A DNA stretch of 63,917 nt, counting the filler, from Rhabdomonas costata (taxonomy: Eukaryota): assembly GCA_019059605.1 (NCBI GenBank). It is 35 parts of 35 records of this genome, joined end to end, with 100 filler letters (N's around TTAATTAATTAA, not from the genome) between each part and the next. Parts side by side here need not be neighbours in the genome. Positions count along the whole stretch, not along the records: positions 1 to 1,726 come from JAHMHO010009961.1; positions 1,827 to 3,555 come from JAHMHO010009962.1; positions 3,656 to 5,384 come from JAHMHO010009963.1; positions 5,485 to 7,213 come from JAHMHO010009964.1; positions 7,314 to 9,042 come from JAHMHO010009965.1; positions 9,143 to 10,871 come from JAHMHO010009966.1; positions 10,972 to 12,700 come from JAHMHO010009967.1; 28 more parts are not named here. One strand, written 5' to 3'. The notes beneath the pieces were generated by a model. That model was given only the letters and a program-made list of their open reading frames with translations. It made no database searches and was not told where the DNA came from. Below, piece by piece: positions 1-12,800 of this stretch. Made by a program: the position numbers and the translations under genes. The number at the start of each line of letters is the position of its first letter. Position 1 is the first letter of the stretch.

Positions 1-1726
1 TGTTGGTTTGGGCACAGGCAAAAAGGTAGGCGTCCCCTCCTAACCCGATGTGAGTATTAAGTAATAAGTAATAATAAGTAATAATATATGTAAAATTGAC
101 CAGCAAACAACCGCGCAATTCCAAGCTTTTTTTCTAATGCTTTGATTTTTAGGTGGCTTTGCTTGAAAAATCTAAATCACGCTTCCGCTGTACACTGCCT
201 GCGGCTGCTGCCGAAGTCAGATAGCCCCTAAACCAAAGAATATAAGAGGTGGAGAGCAACTGCTATTTGGATTCCCCACAAGTCCAGTAGAGCCGGTGGT
301 CGTGCCGAATGTCTAAGAAAAGTTGGACCCATTTGTGGAACAACTCCGCCCATACAACACCCTAGGCTTGGGGACTTTGACAGGAGAGACATGATACTTT
401 AACATTGTCTCACCTTATCCCTGGAGGGTGCCTCAAGCAATAAGTCCGACCGGCGAACTCACCAATGTCTACCGGTTCCCACTAGTGCCATTTTCCCGCC
501 TCCACTGACTCTTTGAAGGCAAATGAAAAACCGCCAAAAACTTGTGCCTCATCTATTCGAGAGCGCAGCCAGACAAAATGCGAAGCGTGTGTAGATACGA
601 TAACTTCCTTGGGAGCAGGGCGAGCAGGACCCAGGGTCCCGGTTCTCTTTTTCCTGTTCTTGTTCCGCGCTGGCCAAATAGTCCCTCAGAAGATCCGGGG
701 CCACGGGGCTGGCACAGCCGTTGCCCACGCTGACGAACGTTAACTGCCGCAGCACCCCTGCGGCACACTGCCCGACAGAAAGCGCTCCCGAACCCGCTTT
801 CACCACGACGCCCTCAGCATCCGCACAGTTTTTGGGAGCTCGAGAACGGGGATAGAGTGGAAGCAGTGGGGCAGAATTGCGGTGCGCCACCTTCACAGGA
901 ATGTTTGTGTTTCCCAGCACCTGCAGGAAATGACAAATAACACACAGGGACACAGGGGTCGAAAAACTATTTTGTAATGCAGCAGGGTAGTTGTAGGTAA
1001 AATGAAAAAGAAAGAAAGACCAAAAGATTGTCAAGGACTTTATTATTGCCCTGGTTTATGTGAGTGGCACATGACGACCTGCTCTCGCTGTATGCAGGTC
1101 ACTATCCGCCCCTTATTACAATCTTATGTAGAGACTGAGTGGGCTCCCTGTCTTGACTTGCACTTGTCTCGCAGACCTTCCACGCTTACGCTGAAACCCC
1201 CGACCTCCCTCGACCCTCGACCGTGTGGGCGGAGTGGGGTGGCTCCGGCCGCACGTATGGCCTTCGCGTCCTAAATAATTCAAACCCTCGGCGGGAGTTA
1301 CACTCAGGGGAACACAGAACAGGTTTACTGCTCGTGGGCACGGGTTGACATTGGGTATGTGTTTTGTTTTTGGCTTTGATTCAGCAACAAATTTTTGTTT
1401 TAAACCAACGTACAATACTGGCCTCTTCTCAGCGCTACCCTGGTTCAGGTGAGTTTGGTTGGTGCATTATGAAAACATTCACACGGTGGCATTCTTCCTG
1501 ACTCGCCCCCTTTGCCCCTGATCACTGCTTCGAGTATCCACCTGTAACGAAGAGGTCGCTGCGTCCGAGTCAACCAGGATAGAAAGGGACGGATTTGGAA
1601 AACGGGCGTTCTTTCGAGCTGCAGCGTGTTGCGCAGCGAACACTGCGGCGGCGGCGGCCAGTGCAACCGCACACGTCGCAGAGGCAGTGGGACAAGTCAG
1701 TCCCTTTCGAGCACCGCCACCCAACA

Positions 1727-1826
1727 NNNNNNNNNNNNNNNNNNNNNNNNNNNNNNNNNNNNNNNNNNNNTTAATTAATTAANNNNNNNNNNNNNNNNNN
1801 NNNNNNNNNNNNNNNNNNNNNNNNNN
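1727..1826. other. Artificial contig spacer (first of 34): 44 N + TTAATTAATTAA + 44 N
   Basis: Identical spacer recurs every ~1.83 kb; TTAATTAATTAA places stops in all six frames; flanking contigs are unrelated and near-equal in length. Confidence 0.98.
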
Positions 1827-2113
1827 GTTTTTTGGGCCAATTTTGACGCAAAGTAGCTCCCCCCCCCACACACACACTGCCTGAATTGGAAACGTGAAAG
1901 CAATTTTCCAAATCAGAATCAGTCGCTGGGTCACAACATCGCTCGTCCATATACCAATATCCAACATTCCCGCTCAGAATTTGACCCAGACGCACGTTAT
2001 CTTCTTCCCCCCCCCCCCTTTTTTTTTTACGAACAGAGCCCTGTAACACCAGCGCTGTCTTATCACCCGTCCGTGAGAATTCAACTCTGCTCCTCACGTG
2101 GAAAAAGCCAAAC

Positions 2114-3526
2114 CTTTGCCGAGCTCAGCGACCCGGCCTCGGCGCCCTTGAACTTCTTCAGATAGAGCTGCAGGTACAACTCATGCAGCTCTGGGACATC
2201 GCAGCCATGCTTCATAATCATCTTCTCCTTTTGGTGTATCATTTGGTCTAAAAGACTGAATGACCAGTTCCCCACGAAACGCCGCGGTGTGGCAGTGAAC
2301 GTGTCACGCTTACTTGGTTACAAAGGGAAAACAACGATGCCCCTCACACCCCAATACTTTCGATGGCAAGAGAGGGGAGGGATCCACGGCGAAGACATCG
2401 TCAAAGACACCGTAGGGAAGAAAAGAAAAACGTCTTCTGAGCAGTGACTCCGGGTGGGGGGATGGTGAGCACGTCCTTCAAACGCACCAGGTACTTCAAA
2501 CACGCATCGGGATCGTCGGGAAGCAGCCTGCCCAGGAAGGCTACCACCTCTCCCGCCTGCAGCGCCGTCTGGGGAATTCCCCGTGAGTCCGCCACGGCGG
2601 GCAGAATTCCTGGGCCCACGGCGCACAGGGAATTGGAATATGGTGCTAGGCAGAGAAGGGGGGACAGGGCGAATATAAGCCTGCTTTTCTTCTCTCCTCA
2701 AAAGTTCTAAAACTCGCTCTGAAAAAAAGTTCTAAAACTCGCTCTGAAGTCATTTTCAGACGGACACAGACACAAACAAAGGAAGACTGACGGTATGTCC
2801 ACATATGTCCACATCAGTGCAGAAGTGTATCCCCAGTGCGTCCGCAGCATGACGTCAGCAAAGCATCTTTTCGAACTCACCGCGCATATACTTTCTGAGG
2901 AGCAACACTTATCTCTTGTGCGTGGGGCTCATGCCCCACACCCCAACTTGGCCCTTTGGCCAACCCATCGCCGTGTTTCTTGATTTTTGCGACAGGCCGG
3001 TGTACGGTGGTTACCAATGCTTTTTGTAACTCCATCCGAGAGCTGTTGATGCCACTAAGGAGCGCGCTCATCCGCCTGACCAGACCATCCCAGGCTCCGA
3101 GCCGACACAGACGGAAATGCACAAGTACGCACCCAATGAGTCGTACAGCATGGCGTTCAGCTGGTACTCCTCTGAGCTGAGGGGCAGGAACATCTTCAGG
3201 GAGGTGTCCAGGGGTTGCCCCGCCCGTCGCATGATCCACTCTGCGAACTCCAGGATCAGAGGGCCGTGCACGGGCTGTTCGCAGCACGCACAAGATACGC
3301 ACCACCGAAATTATAGCCACATGAAAAAAGGTGGGCGCCATTTGCATCCATTCAAACTAAACGCCCCAGCAACACTCAAAATATGACTCCAGTAAAATCT
3401 TTTTCGAAATCGCCGAGACGAGATAATGCCAAAGCTCGGATGATAGCAAGTAACCTGAGGGGGGTTGGCGTTATTCAGGGCCTGGAGGTAGAGGATGGTG
3501 TACTGCACGGCGTTAAACGGGCGCCC
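2114..3526 (-). CDS. VPS39: Vps39/Vam6 (TGFBRAP1)-like HOPS/CORVET subunit, clathrin-repeat region, partial; exons 3455-3526, 3133-3274, 2881-2912 (tentative), 2488-2556, 2114-2227
   Basis: GT-AG spliced product: AVQYTILYLQAL...PLILEFAEWIM...SLKMFL...EVVAFL...CLKYL|EKMI...ELHELYLQLY, matching the Vps39 pattern YLQxL / LILEFSxWVL / VxxFL / YLExxI / HNxLxxxY. Confidence 0.75.
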
Positions 3527-3656
3527 CTGTGGCGGTGGAGGAGAGGATTTGCAAANNNNNNNNNNNNNNNNNNNNNNNNNNNNNNNNNNNNNNNNNNNNT
3601 TAATTAATTAANNNNNNNNNNNNNNNNNNNNNNNNNNNNNNNNNNNNNNNNNNNNA

Positions 3657-3790
3657 GAGGTGCCGTTGGAGCGAACGGTGCCGTGGGGAACCGGAACCGG
3701 CTCATCGCCGAACGTTCCACATCTGGTAACCCCCCTTCTGCCCCACGGGTCCCGGGCCATTGTCGCGCAGCTGCTCTTTTTCCAGCGGAT
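3657..3790 (-). repeat. Dispersed ~135-bp repeat, copy 1 (truncated by contig start)
   Basis: Reverse complement aligns to 51866-51998 at roughly 85% identity by eye. Confidence 0.9.
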
Positions 3791-4024
3791 ACCAGCATGT
3801 GTGTGTGTGACATTGCGGGTGATGGTGAGCATACGTCGCGCCGAAATTACTTTGACTGGTATTGCCCACCACCGATTCTGTTCACCTTGCCAAGCGTCAA
3901 CCCCAGCGATACATTCGTTTGCAAGGATGATTGCTGGCGCAATCAGGAGGCGAGAGGTGACACTTGAGAGGTTGTTGACATGGATGGATGATGAGATGAT
4001 ACCTGGAGAATTAGGAACGCTCAC

Positions 4025-4842
4025 CCGGCTCTTCTGCTTGAGCAGAACGAAGAAATACCGGAAGTGTCCTGAGAAGCACAGGATAGCAAGTACCCCCTCC
4101 CCCGCACAAATAAATATTGCTGCTCATATTTGGAGGTGTGCATAATTTCATCTCATATTTCCCCGAAACCCCAGCGGGCATAACCGCTGGGCAATGGGGC
4201 AGTTCCCCTTTGTGGGGTTCTCAAAAGTCTGCAGCTAAATAACTTCTGGGGACTGTCCAGTAAAGGGGGGGGGGGCGGTAAGCGGGTGTTTGTGTTTGCA
4301 CGGTTTCAGGTCAAATCCTCAATCTGAGAAGAGCGGGAGAGATCAAAAAAGCCGCCCAAAGGGTCACCGCCCGGGGGTGCAAGGTGGGCATCGCAGCCTT
4401 TTGCTCGTTTTGTGCAGTCAAAAATGGAGACCTCGGCTTCCGCCCCCAACAGAGCGTTTCCACAGAATAATAATAGCAAAACAACAAAAAGGCCCTACAC
4501 AAATTCAAATGTTGAAGAGTTCATATAGGAAGAACGTTCATATCAGGATTTTCCTCGTCTGTGCTCAGCGGAAGAGAGATAACTGGTCTGAAATTGGGAA
4601 TCACCAAAGAAAGAATAGCACTCTAAATCATGCGGAGAACTACGATAAACAACCAACGTGTGGTTGCAACAATCTAAAATTTGCAGTCCTCGAGTACAAG
4701 AACAGGGGAGGAGAGAGTGTGAAAATGAGAAGTGAGGGGAGCAACCAAACCGAAACCCATGCCTGCGTATTCGGTGGGAAGCGGGGGCATGTAGTCCACC
4801 ACCGTGTCGAAGCGCTGTTCAGAGCCCAGAGGAAGATTGCAG
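4025..4842 (-). CDS. PEBP-domain protein, likely mitochondrial ribosomal mL38-like, partial; exons 4763-4842 and 4025-4068
   Basis: Not in the ORF track. Spliced CNLPLGSEQRFDTVVDYMPPLPTEYAG|HFRYFFVLLKQKSR aligns gap-free to the PEBP/mL38 motif YLPPFPxxGxGxHRxxFLLFKQ when a GC donor is used. Confidence 0.7.
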
Positions 4843-7800
4843 CTATGCAGAGTAGAAAAACAAAAGATGGCGAAGATCGCGCTTCAGAGCCCTTCTGCAG
4901 GTAAACACTCACTCAAAAAAGAAGCGCCATGGCAAAATGACAAACCATGCCCCCAAATAGCGGAGAGAAACAATGACGGGGCGCCTTAACCAGACCGCCA
5001 AGAGAATCAGGCATTGAGAGAGAACGTTTTGACAAGAAGAGGCGGACCACAAAGTGGTAACAAAGGGTTAGTGGGGAAGGTCATACATCATCCAGTGCAG
5101 AAAATGCCCAGGCTCGGGCCGAGTCCGAAACGGGTAATCTGCGAGCGACCACGGGTGGTGCGCAAATTCATTCACAGAGGAAGGGAAGCTCATATTCAAC
5201 TGCATTGGCTCGTTCAAAAAGGAAGAGTTGTCAAATTAAGTGGATTCCCAACACCTCCACCGAAAGAAAGCATGTGGATATGGTGCAAGAGAATGGGGCA
5301 ATTTAAAGGGAAATCAGGCCACGTTCGTTTAGACGGGAAGAGTATCCCGAAGCAATCGAGACGCCGACGAAGCGAAAAAAAAAANNNNNNNNNNNNNNNN
5401 NNNNNNNNNNNNNNNNNNNNNNNNNNNNTTAATTAATTAANNNNNNNNNNNNNNNNNNNNNNNNNNNNNNNNNNNNNNNNNNNNGGTTTTGTTGAGTATC
5501 GTGAGCTGTGGACCGGTATTGCTAGGGATTTGCCCCCGCTTCCCCCGGTTTGCACATTTGTAATGCTAGTGAAGAAAATGTCAGTGCTCAGAGTTGGCAC
5601 ACACCGGCAGCGAACGGTAAAACCCCTTGATGAGTCGTTGCCGAAGACCATAAAAGTACACGCAGTGCTCGGAATGCTCCGGAAGGGGAGGGCACAGGCA
5701 TAGCGCCTCGTGCTTGCTCTCCAGGAATCCGCCCAGCTCGCGCACCACTGAGGGGGGGGGAGAAACGGCCCTGAAAAGTGTATCCTGACATTGCAAACGG
5801 GAAGCAACGGCACGAAGTCGCGAGGGACTGAGCCGTTCGAGAAAAAAAGGACGTGCAAATATTTCAGCGCACCATCGATCCAGCAGTAACTGGTTGGTTC
5901 GGGAGGGGGGCGGGGAAGAGATGAGCCACTGCTACCTTCTTCGGAGACGACATCGGGCACAAACCCACAGCGCTGCTGGACCTCGAGAACTTCCCAAGGG
6001 CTCACCCACGTATCCTCACCCTGCTCCCTGGCAAGCAACACAAGAGACGGTATGGTTCGTAACCGTAGGAGGACAATCATTCGTGAAATGCACGGGACCA
6101 CGAAAGCGCACATACCAGCGGACTTGGAAGCATGCCCACAGGCTACGTTTCACTTCCGTCACAAAACCTGTGGTAAAAAGGGGGGTGAGTCGCACGCCAC
6201 CACCTCTCCTCGAAAACCACTAATTTCAGACAGCAGACTGATCGCCAACAAAATAGAGGGCGACAAAAGACAGCAATTCTGGCGGCTGAACACGGAAGCT
6301 GCGCCATATCAAATTCCGGAACACGTCACCAAAACATTCCAGAACAAAGTGCTATTGCACTGCTCCTACCGCCACCTTGCCTGGACGTCCACCTTGATAT
6401 GGGGTGCCGTCAAAGGTAACGTGTACGTTCTGGCCCACGGTGATCGGATTCGCGCGAAGATAGCGCTGTACCGCGTCAACTTTCTGCACAGCCCCAAGTA
6501 CACACAAACAGAGAGAGACGCTTTCCAGAAGTATCATTACAAGCATTGCCACAGATCTGCTGGGTTCTGCCAAAACTGAGAGCAAACACGCCTTCCTTTG
6601 AGGTTTGGGGGCAAACTTCCAATGACCCAGCCGTTGGAAATGACCAAATGATCGAAATGCTGGGGGGATTCTCCCTCCCTCTCTCTCTTCACCCAAACCT
6701 TCGTTTCCACCAAGAAATCCGGAGTGAAGGTCATTTCGGGGTACTCAAGAAGGAATTCAGGAAGACTGTGGCCAAACGGACGTAACCGCAGCCTCATCAC
6801 CGTTTGCGGCTGCGCTGGATTCCCATTGGCAAAGAAACGGTCGTAGCCCAATCCTAAGAACAGCAAGCACAGGATTAAACGCACTCGGTCCCCCGTTTAT
6901 TCCATCAGTGATTATGGGGGGAAAATGCATACCAACAATGCGGCATGGCACTGCCTCAGGAAAGCCTGGCTTGCCCGCGAACGGGGGATCAGAGTTGGGA
7001 ACAAAATATGGAGGATCCTCTTCTTCAATGGTACACAAGAACTCGGCATGACCTTCTCTGCAAGGTAAAGGATTCAGAGATGGCTTTTTTTTTAGCAAAA
7101 GAGAAATGAGGCCCGAAGGTAAAGAGATTACGAGGTAAAGATAAAGAGAAGGAATACCGGAAATACGTGACTCGGTCGTTGAACTGAGAAGAAAACGATG
7201 ACCAACAACAACANNNNNNNNNNNNNNNNNNNNNNNNNNNNNNNNNNNNNNNNNNNNTTAATTAATTAANNNNNNNNNNNNNNNNNNNNNNNNNNNNNNN
7301 NNNNNNNNNNNNNTTTGTTTGGTTTTACGGAACGCTTCGGAACCCTCATTCTTTCCACGCGCTTTTGCCGTGACCTTTCTTCCACTCACTTGAAGAAAAA
7401 ATGGCCAAACTTCTTCTTGTGGGTGGCTTCGTAGTCAGGAAGATGGCTCCGAAGTGGCCCGTGCGGACAGGAACACAATGAAAACGGCCGACGGGGGGAA
7501 GGAAACACAACAATGTGAGGAGGAAGTGCTGGGCGGGAACTGCTCCTTCGGCGGGTTCAAAAGGGCCCAGCATTCGCACACGGAGAGAGAGAAGGACGGG
7601 GGTGGGGGTAAGCCGAAGCAAACTCACTCACTTCAAGCGAGGGCTAACGAGGCTTCCCAGGGATTTCCCAGGCATGCTGGCGAAGTCACGCAGCCGACCT
7701 GCTGCCAAGGTTTCGGACTCACCATTCACTTTATGCGGGCACTGCAGGATTTGGAGGGGGCACTAGCAGGCAAAACGGTCGAAAATGAGGGGGCAGCCTC

Positions 7801-10800
7801 ACTTAGGAGTCATTGTGAGTTGAATTTGACTATTATCGAACCTCTTTAGGAAATCTCATTATATCAGTGCGGAAACAGGAACGGGCGAGGTTTTCTATGC
7901 GAGAACTCGATTTAGTGACCACTTTTCCATAGTGATGGCCCCCTTTTAAATCGAGTTTTGTATGTATTTTACTCCTAAAGAAACTACTCTGTTAGTCCGT
8001 CTGTCTGTTGTTTGTCTACACGTCTCGGATTCTGGCAAACCTATCACGTGTCTCATACGCCAAAACAGGTTTGCCTTCCTTCAATGCACCAAAGCTTCAA
8101 ATGCGAATTCCACATCTTCGAATTCCGCAGCCACTGGGTCGAGCCAACGAGCCCCACAAATCACACGTGCTCCGCAACATAGCCACTCACGTTCACGGGG
8201 AATGTCAACAAATTTGCGTGTCGCACTCGCCACATGCAAAAGGACAGTTGTCAACCGTAGTGCGGTGACTGGGGGCGGGGGAAGGGGGCAGAGGATGTTG
8301 AAAGAGCAGACGGTCGCTTCTTTCCCAAAACCAACTCTCGAGGTCGGCAATTCACACATGAGGAAACAAGAACCTTTCACAGAGCTGTGTCCTGAGTGGT
8401 TTTTCCAAATTCAACAAATTTTGTGCGCTGAAAATCTTCACAAAAAGCCTGCAGCTGTCCAAAACAAAGACTATGGCGTTTCATGGCGCGAGCTCTTTCT
8501 GGAAGGGATACCTGGAACCAGCGTCAACTTCTCTCACCATATCTCAGTGTATCTCAGTGTATCTCAGGTATCTCAGTGCTCACGCCGGTGATCGAGAGGT
8601 GAGCAAGAACCTCTCCGAAGTTCGCAAACACATCGAAAAAAAGAGGAAGAAACCTATGGCGGAGGAGGGCATGAAAATGCACGAAAGCGAGTCGAAATGT
8701 ACATGCTTAGGGCACAGCTGATGAGGTAGAGGCAGCTCGACCTCCTTTGCGACCTCGCCCTGCATCCCTCGGCGTGCGACAGAGCATACCTCAAGTATGC
8801 CCGGCGAGGAGGGCGACATTCCAGCCTTCTGTCTCGAACTCCGCAGGACCATGGTCAAAAGAAGAAGCCGCAATCGCGCGCAGAAGCGCACAGTCAGCAA
8901 CACAGCCAAAGTGAACTCCTGTCTAATGAACGCCCACACGAGGACGAGAGGGCCACCACAACGCCCGCACGCACACAATGGGGATCCACCGGAGGGAGGG
9001 ACCTCTCCCGAAAAGGCAAACCGCGCTCTTCACCACCCCACANNNNNNNNNNNNNNNNNNNNNNNNNNNNNNNNNNNNNNNNNNNNTTAATTAATTAANN
9101 NNNNNNNNNNNNNNNNNNNNNNNNNNNNNNNNNNNNNNNNNNGGGTTTTTGGATCGAACAGGGTGGTTGATTCGATTAAAAATTGATGTTTTATTTTAAT
9201 TTCCTGCACACATGGATTCTCTTCACTTGTCAGCGGGACCCTCCATTAGGGAAGAAAAATCAAAGTTGGCAACCGAAAATGCGTTGCAATAAAAAAGCAA
9301 TGAAAACAGGCAAACAAAAAGGTGCAACAAATTGCAAAATTAAAAGTGCTTTCACGCAAATTTTCGCCCGTTCCATTTTTCTTCATCACAAAACCGTATC
9401 ACAAGGGGAAACGGAGAAACGAAAGCAGAATTTCTGTCGGCAGCAGGCACTGGCGGTGACAGCCGTGGGGACTCCGAAAACAGCTCCAAAAGGAAAAATT
9501 TTGCAGAACGGGGTAAAAAAATATCGTCAGTGCCGGGCAAAAGAATGCAAAAAAAAAAAATTGCATTTCAAGACAAAATTCCTGAAGGGGTCGAAAATGA
9601 ACAAAAAAAAATCTCCAGCCCTGCCTTGGTGGGGCTAAGTCCAAGGTCTTATTTTTTTACAGTTGTGTCTGTTTGTGTTCGTGTTTATGTATGTTTGTGC
9701 GATGTAAAGACAGAAAAGAAAGACACACGTGAAGGAGAGCGATAATGGAAAGAAAAGAAAAGCTGCCCGTAACCTAAGACGCCCGCAGCCTGGGTGCTCG
9801 CACGTCAGGCAGGTTTCACCAGCTGTCACCAGATCAAAATTAATTGCCGGTTTTTTCAGCTTCATTGTTCAAAACGTTGTTCCCGGGGGAAAACACAGGA
9901 TGATAATCAGTAACCAAACCCCCGTTGAGGAATTTACGGTAATGTGATTCGAAGCAGGAAACAACCAGAGGGCAAACTGGAGGGCGTGCTCGCACCGAAA
10001 TGCAAAGTACCCACAGCCTCCCTGCAATAGGATGAGGCGCAGATCAGGCCATGAACAGGTCGCGGTATTGGGTGTGCATAAGAGTGACCAGCTGGTCGTA
10101 AATCTGCAGATCTGTGTGTTCCCACGCACGCACGCACACAAACACAACCTCAACCCTTTGGGCAAACGACGCGTCTGCTGAAATGGGGCTCACTTAACGG
10201 CTCTGACTAGGGGACTTGTCAGCGTTAAAAAAACGAACAATTTGGTTGCGCGGCCCTGAATGAGACCTCTTACTTCATATCCTATTCCATATGAAAGATG
10301 TCCAAAATTTACGGTTTGCCGCTTCTCAGCCTCCAGACCAACGGTTCGCACCCTAACGTCGCTGCTCTACACCCGAGCATTATATTGGGAGATACCAGAA
10401 AAAACCCATACCATGCTCCTTCCTCGGCGCCTGCGGCAAATTTCACCCCAAAGAAGTATGGTAGGCAACAGCACAGGCCCATAAAACATACTGAAGTCAT
10501 CGCTCAACGCAGTGCGCGAGGTGACGTGGAAAGTCCGGCCATCCCCTCCGACTACGCCGTAGAACTCGTTCATCAAGGCAATCTGCGATGTGGTCTCGAG
10601 CAGAACCTGTGGAGATAGTGAAAGCAATCAATGCAGGATACAACAGAAGAACACGGAGCCCCGGATACAGAGGGTTTGTTTTGGGTTTTTTTTGTGCGAG
10701 GGGGGGGGGGCTGTGTCAGAAAGTGAAGGGGGCTCAGAACTCTCGACTTTCACCCCGTGACTGCAAAGAGCGGTGCAACTCCTTTGTTGTCCCTGCGAAA

Positions 10801-10975
10801 CAGCCCACAACTCCAAAAGAACTGCAATTTGGCAACAATCCGATGCAAAAAAGTGGCCAAAAAGGTGCAGANNNNNNNNNNNNNNNNNNNNNNNNNNNNN
10901 NNNNNNNNNNNNNNNTTAATTAATTAANNNNNNNNNNNNNNNNNNNNNNNNNNNNNNNNNNNNNNNNNNNNGGTG

Positions 10976-11150
10976 GGTGTGTGTGATGGGTTTCTGTTCG
11001 AGGGCGTGGTTTGTGCGCATCACCAGCTCCAGGCCCCGCGGGGGAGATCCCGCACTAACGTCGATGCACGAGCCTGTGGTATGCCCCGCGATCGCGATCG
11101 TGATGCACACAAACCACGCCCTCGAACAGAAACCCATCACACACACACAC
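10976..11150. other. Contig-terminal fold-back (amplification chimera) truncating a UGGT exon
   Basis: 10976-11023 is the reverse complement of ~11100-11150; the loop contains the UGGT exon GSCIDVSAGSPPRGLELVM. Confidence 0.75.
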
Positions 11151-12430
11151 ATCACACATCGTGACAAGAACGACGTGACCGACATAGTTATTGGTATGTA
11201 GATTAATCTGTAAATATTAAGAAAAATCAGTGATGGGTAGACTGGAACCGTGTTATAGGCGAGTCATACTGCTGCTTTCTTTCAAGAGTGCGCCAGATTC
11301 TGGGTTTTCCAGCTCCAGCAGATCGCCCGATAGGCTCCATCTCATGCAGCCTGCTGCCGCGGAAGGGGAAGTGTGAGGGGTTGAGGTTATATACGCCGTC
11401 ACAGAAACAACAGTGTGTGCTGTGCCATGACATGGCATATGGTCCCGCCTTCTTCTGAGGCGACACATAAGTTTATGAAGCAAACGCCAAAGAATGCAAT
11501 GTCTCCTTCTGCCTCAATGAGAATACGTATTCGTATTCGTATGAGCGCCCCCCGGATTATGCCTGTGACGAGGATGTGCTCCAGTTGGTACTCGGCGTTG
11601 AGGGTTCGGCTTCCTTCCCCGAGGTCCTCCAGCAGAATGTTGTCCAGGTCCAGCGGGGCCACGGAGGGCATCACCACCCAGGCCTCCGGCTCGTCAATCG
11701 CCATCGTCAGTATCTAAGTCAGTGACAGAGACACACAGAGAGCAACCATCCCCGCGCCATTTGAATTGGAAAAAAAAAACAGCACGGACAGAAGGGGTGC
11801 ACACCAAACAAAGCACTGAGGGTGCAAAAGCAACTAACTTGAGAGACTTCCATGGCTGCCCTGCAGTTTCACAGCACAGCACCACCGACCTTTGTCTCTG
11901 GAAGGTTCGTGAACTGCGCAATGGGCGGCCGGAGTGCCCCAGTGCTGGGATCAAACTGCAGCTCCGAAGCCACTACGTAGCTGCAAGGACAGAACAGCAG
12001 AGCAGAGCACAGCAGAGCAGAACTTTCAGCACTGCGGTTTGAGAGACCTCGGGTACCTCCACTGGTGCGCTGAGAGTGCTTTTCGTTTTTACGGGCGCTT
12101 GATCACACCCACAAACATTCCAGCACTTCAACAACAACTCAGCACGTACACCCCCACGCCAAAACAGGTAATTTTGTAAGAAAGCATCGACTGGCGATGG
12201 GCCGCACTCAGGCAAGGAAATTTCATAGAAAGAAGGCGGACTGCAGAGCGTGCGCCTGCTTCACACCGGTAAAACGACCGGTGGGGCAGCTTGTGCAGGT
12301 CGGATAAGGGGTTGAGGTACACGCTAAGGTGGGCGTGAAAGATCTGGTGCAGGGAGAGCAGCATCGGTGGAACCCTCCGCGCCTCATCAGTCAAGGGGTT
12401 CACCACCAACACAATCTCCAGATGGGCTGC
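11018..12430 (-). CDS. UGGT: UDP-glucose:glycoprotein glucosyltransferase, partial; exons 12267-12430, 11890-11980, 11563-11713, ~11018-11073
   Basis: Spliced product YLNPLSDLHKLPHRSFYR|YVVASELQF...AQFTNLPETK|ILTMAIDEPEAWVV...LDLDNILLE...AEYQLEHILVTG|SCID...PPRGLEL carries the UGGT motifs; splice phases are consistent. Confidence 0.92.
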
Positions 12431-12800
12431 CTGGGTCGCCGTAGGAGAGTCCTGCCAAGATGTATCCGACACATCTCACAAAGTAAAGGAGCAAAACAAA
12501 GAATACCCACCGGGATTTAAGGTATAATGAGGCAGCATGAAAAGCTCCGCTATCCATAAAATATCATGAGAAGGAAGGATCAGAAGGAAATTTTCTCGAG
12601 GGCTGAAGCCGAAGCCCCTCAGGTCGAAATTTTTGACTCCACAATTGAGGCAAAAAGGCTGCGAGGCCGTCCTTGCACCACCCCCCCAAACACACCAACA
12701 NNNNNNNNNNNNNNNNNNNNNNNNNNNNNNNNNNNNNNNNNNNNTTAATTAATTAANNNNNNNNNNNNNNNNNNNNNNNNNNNNNNNNNNNNNNNNNNNN

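Noticed and set aside
2701-2748. Short local duplications (also 8539-8578, 14782-14818, 59024-59101)
   Set aside because: Ordinary slippage-type duplications in non-coding DNA.
4003-4024. Possible 22-nt micro-intron GTGAGC...CTCCAG after the PEBP exon
   Set aside because: The in-frame continuation reaches a stop quickly and has no PEBP similarity; unsupported without RNA data.
5485-10871. Exon-like segments with AG/GT boundaries in three contigs (also 1-1726, 18285-20014, 21944-25491, 28140-28910, 53052-54500)
   Set aside because: Probably real exons of unknown genes, but frame and family cannot be established by eye.
10976-11150. Exon flanked by inverted repeats as a splicing structure or MITE
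   Set aside because: It touches the contig end and interrupts the UGGT reading frame; same pattern as the other fold-back chimeras.
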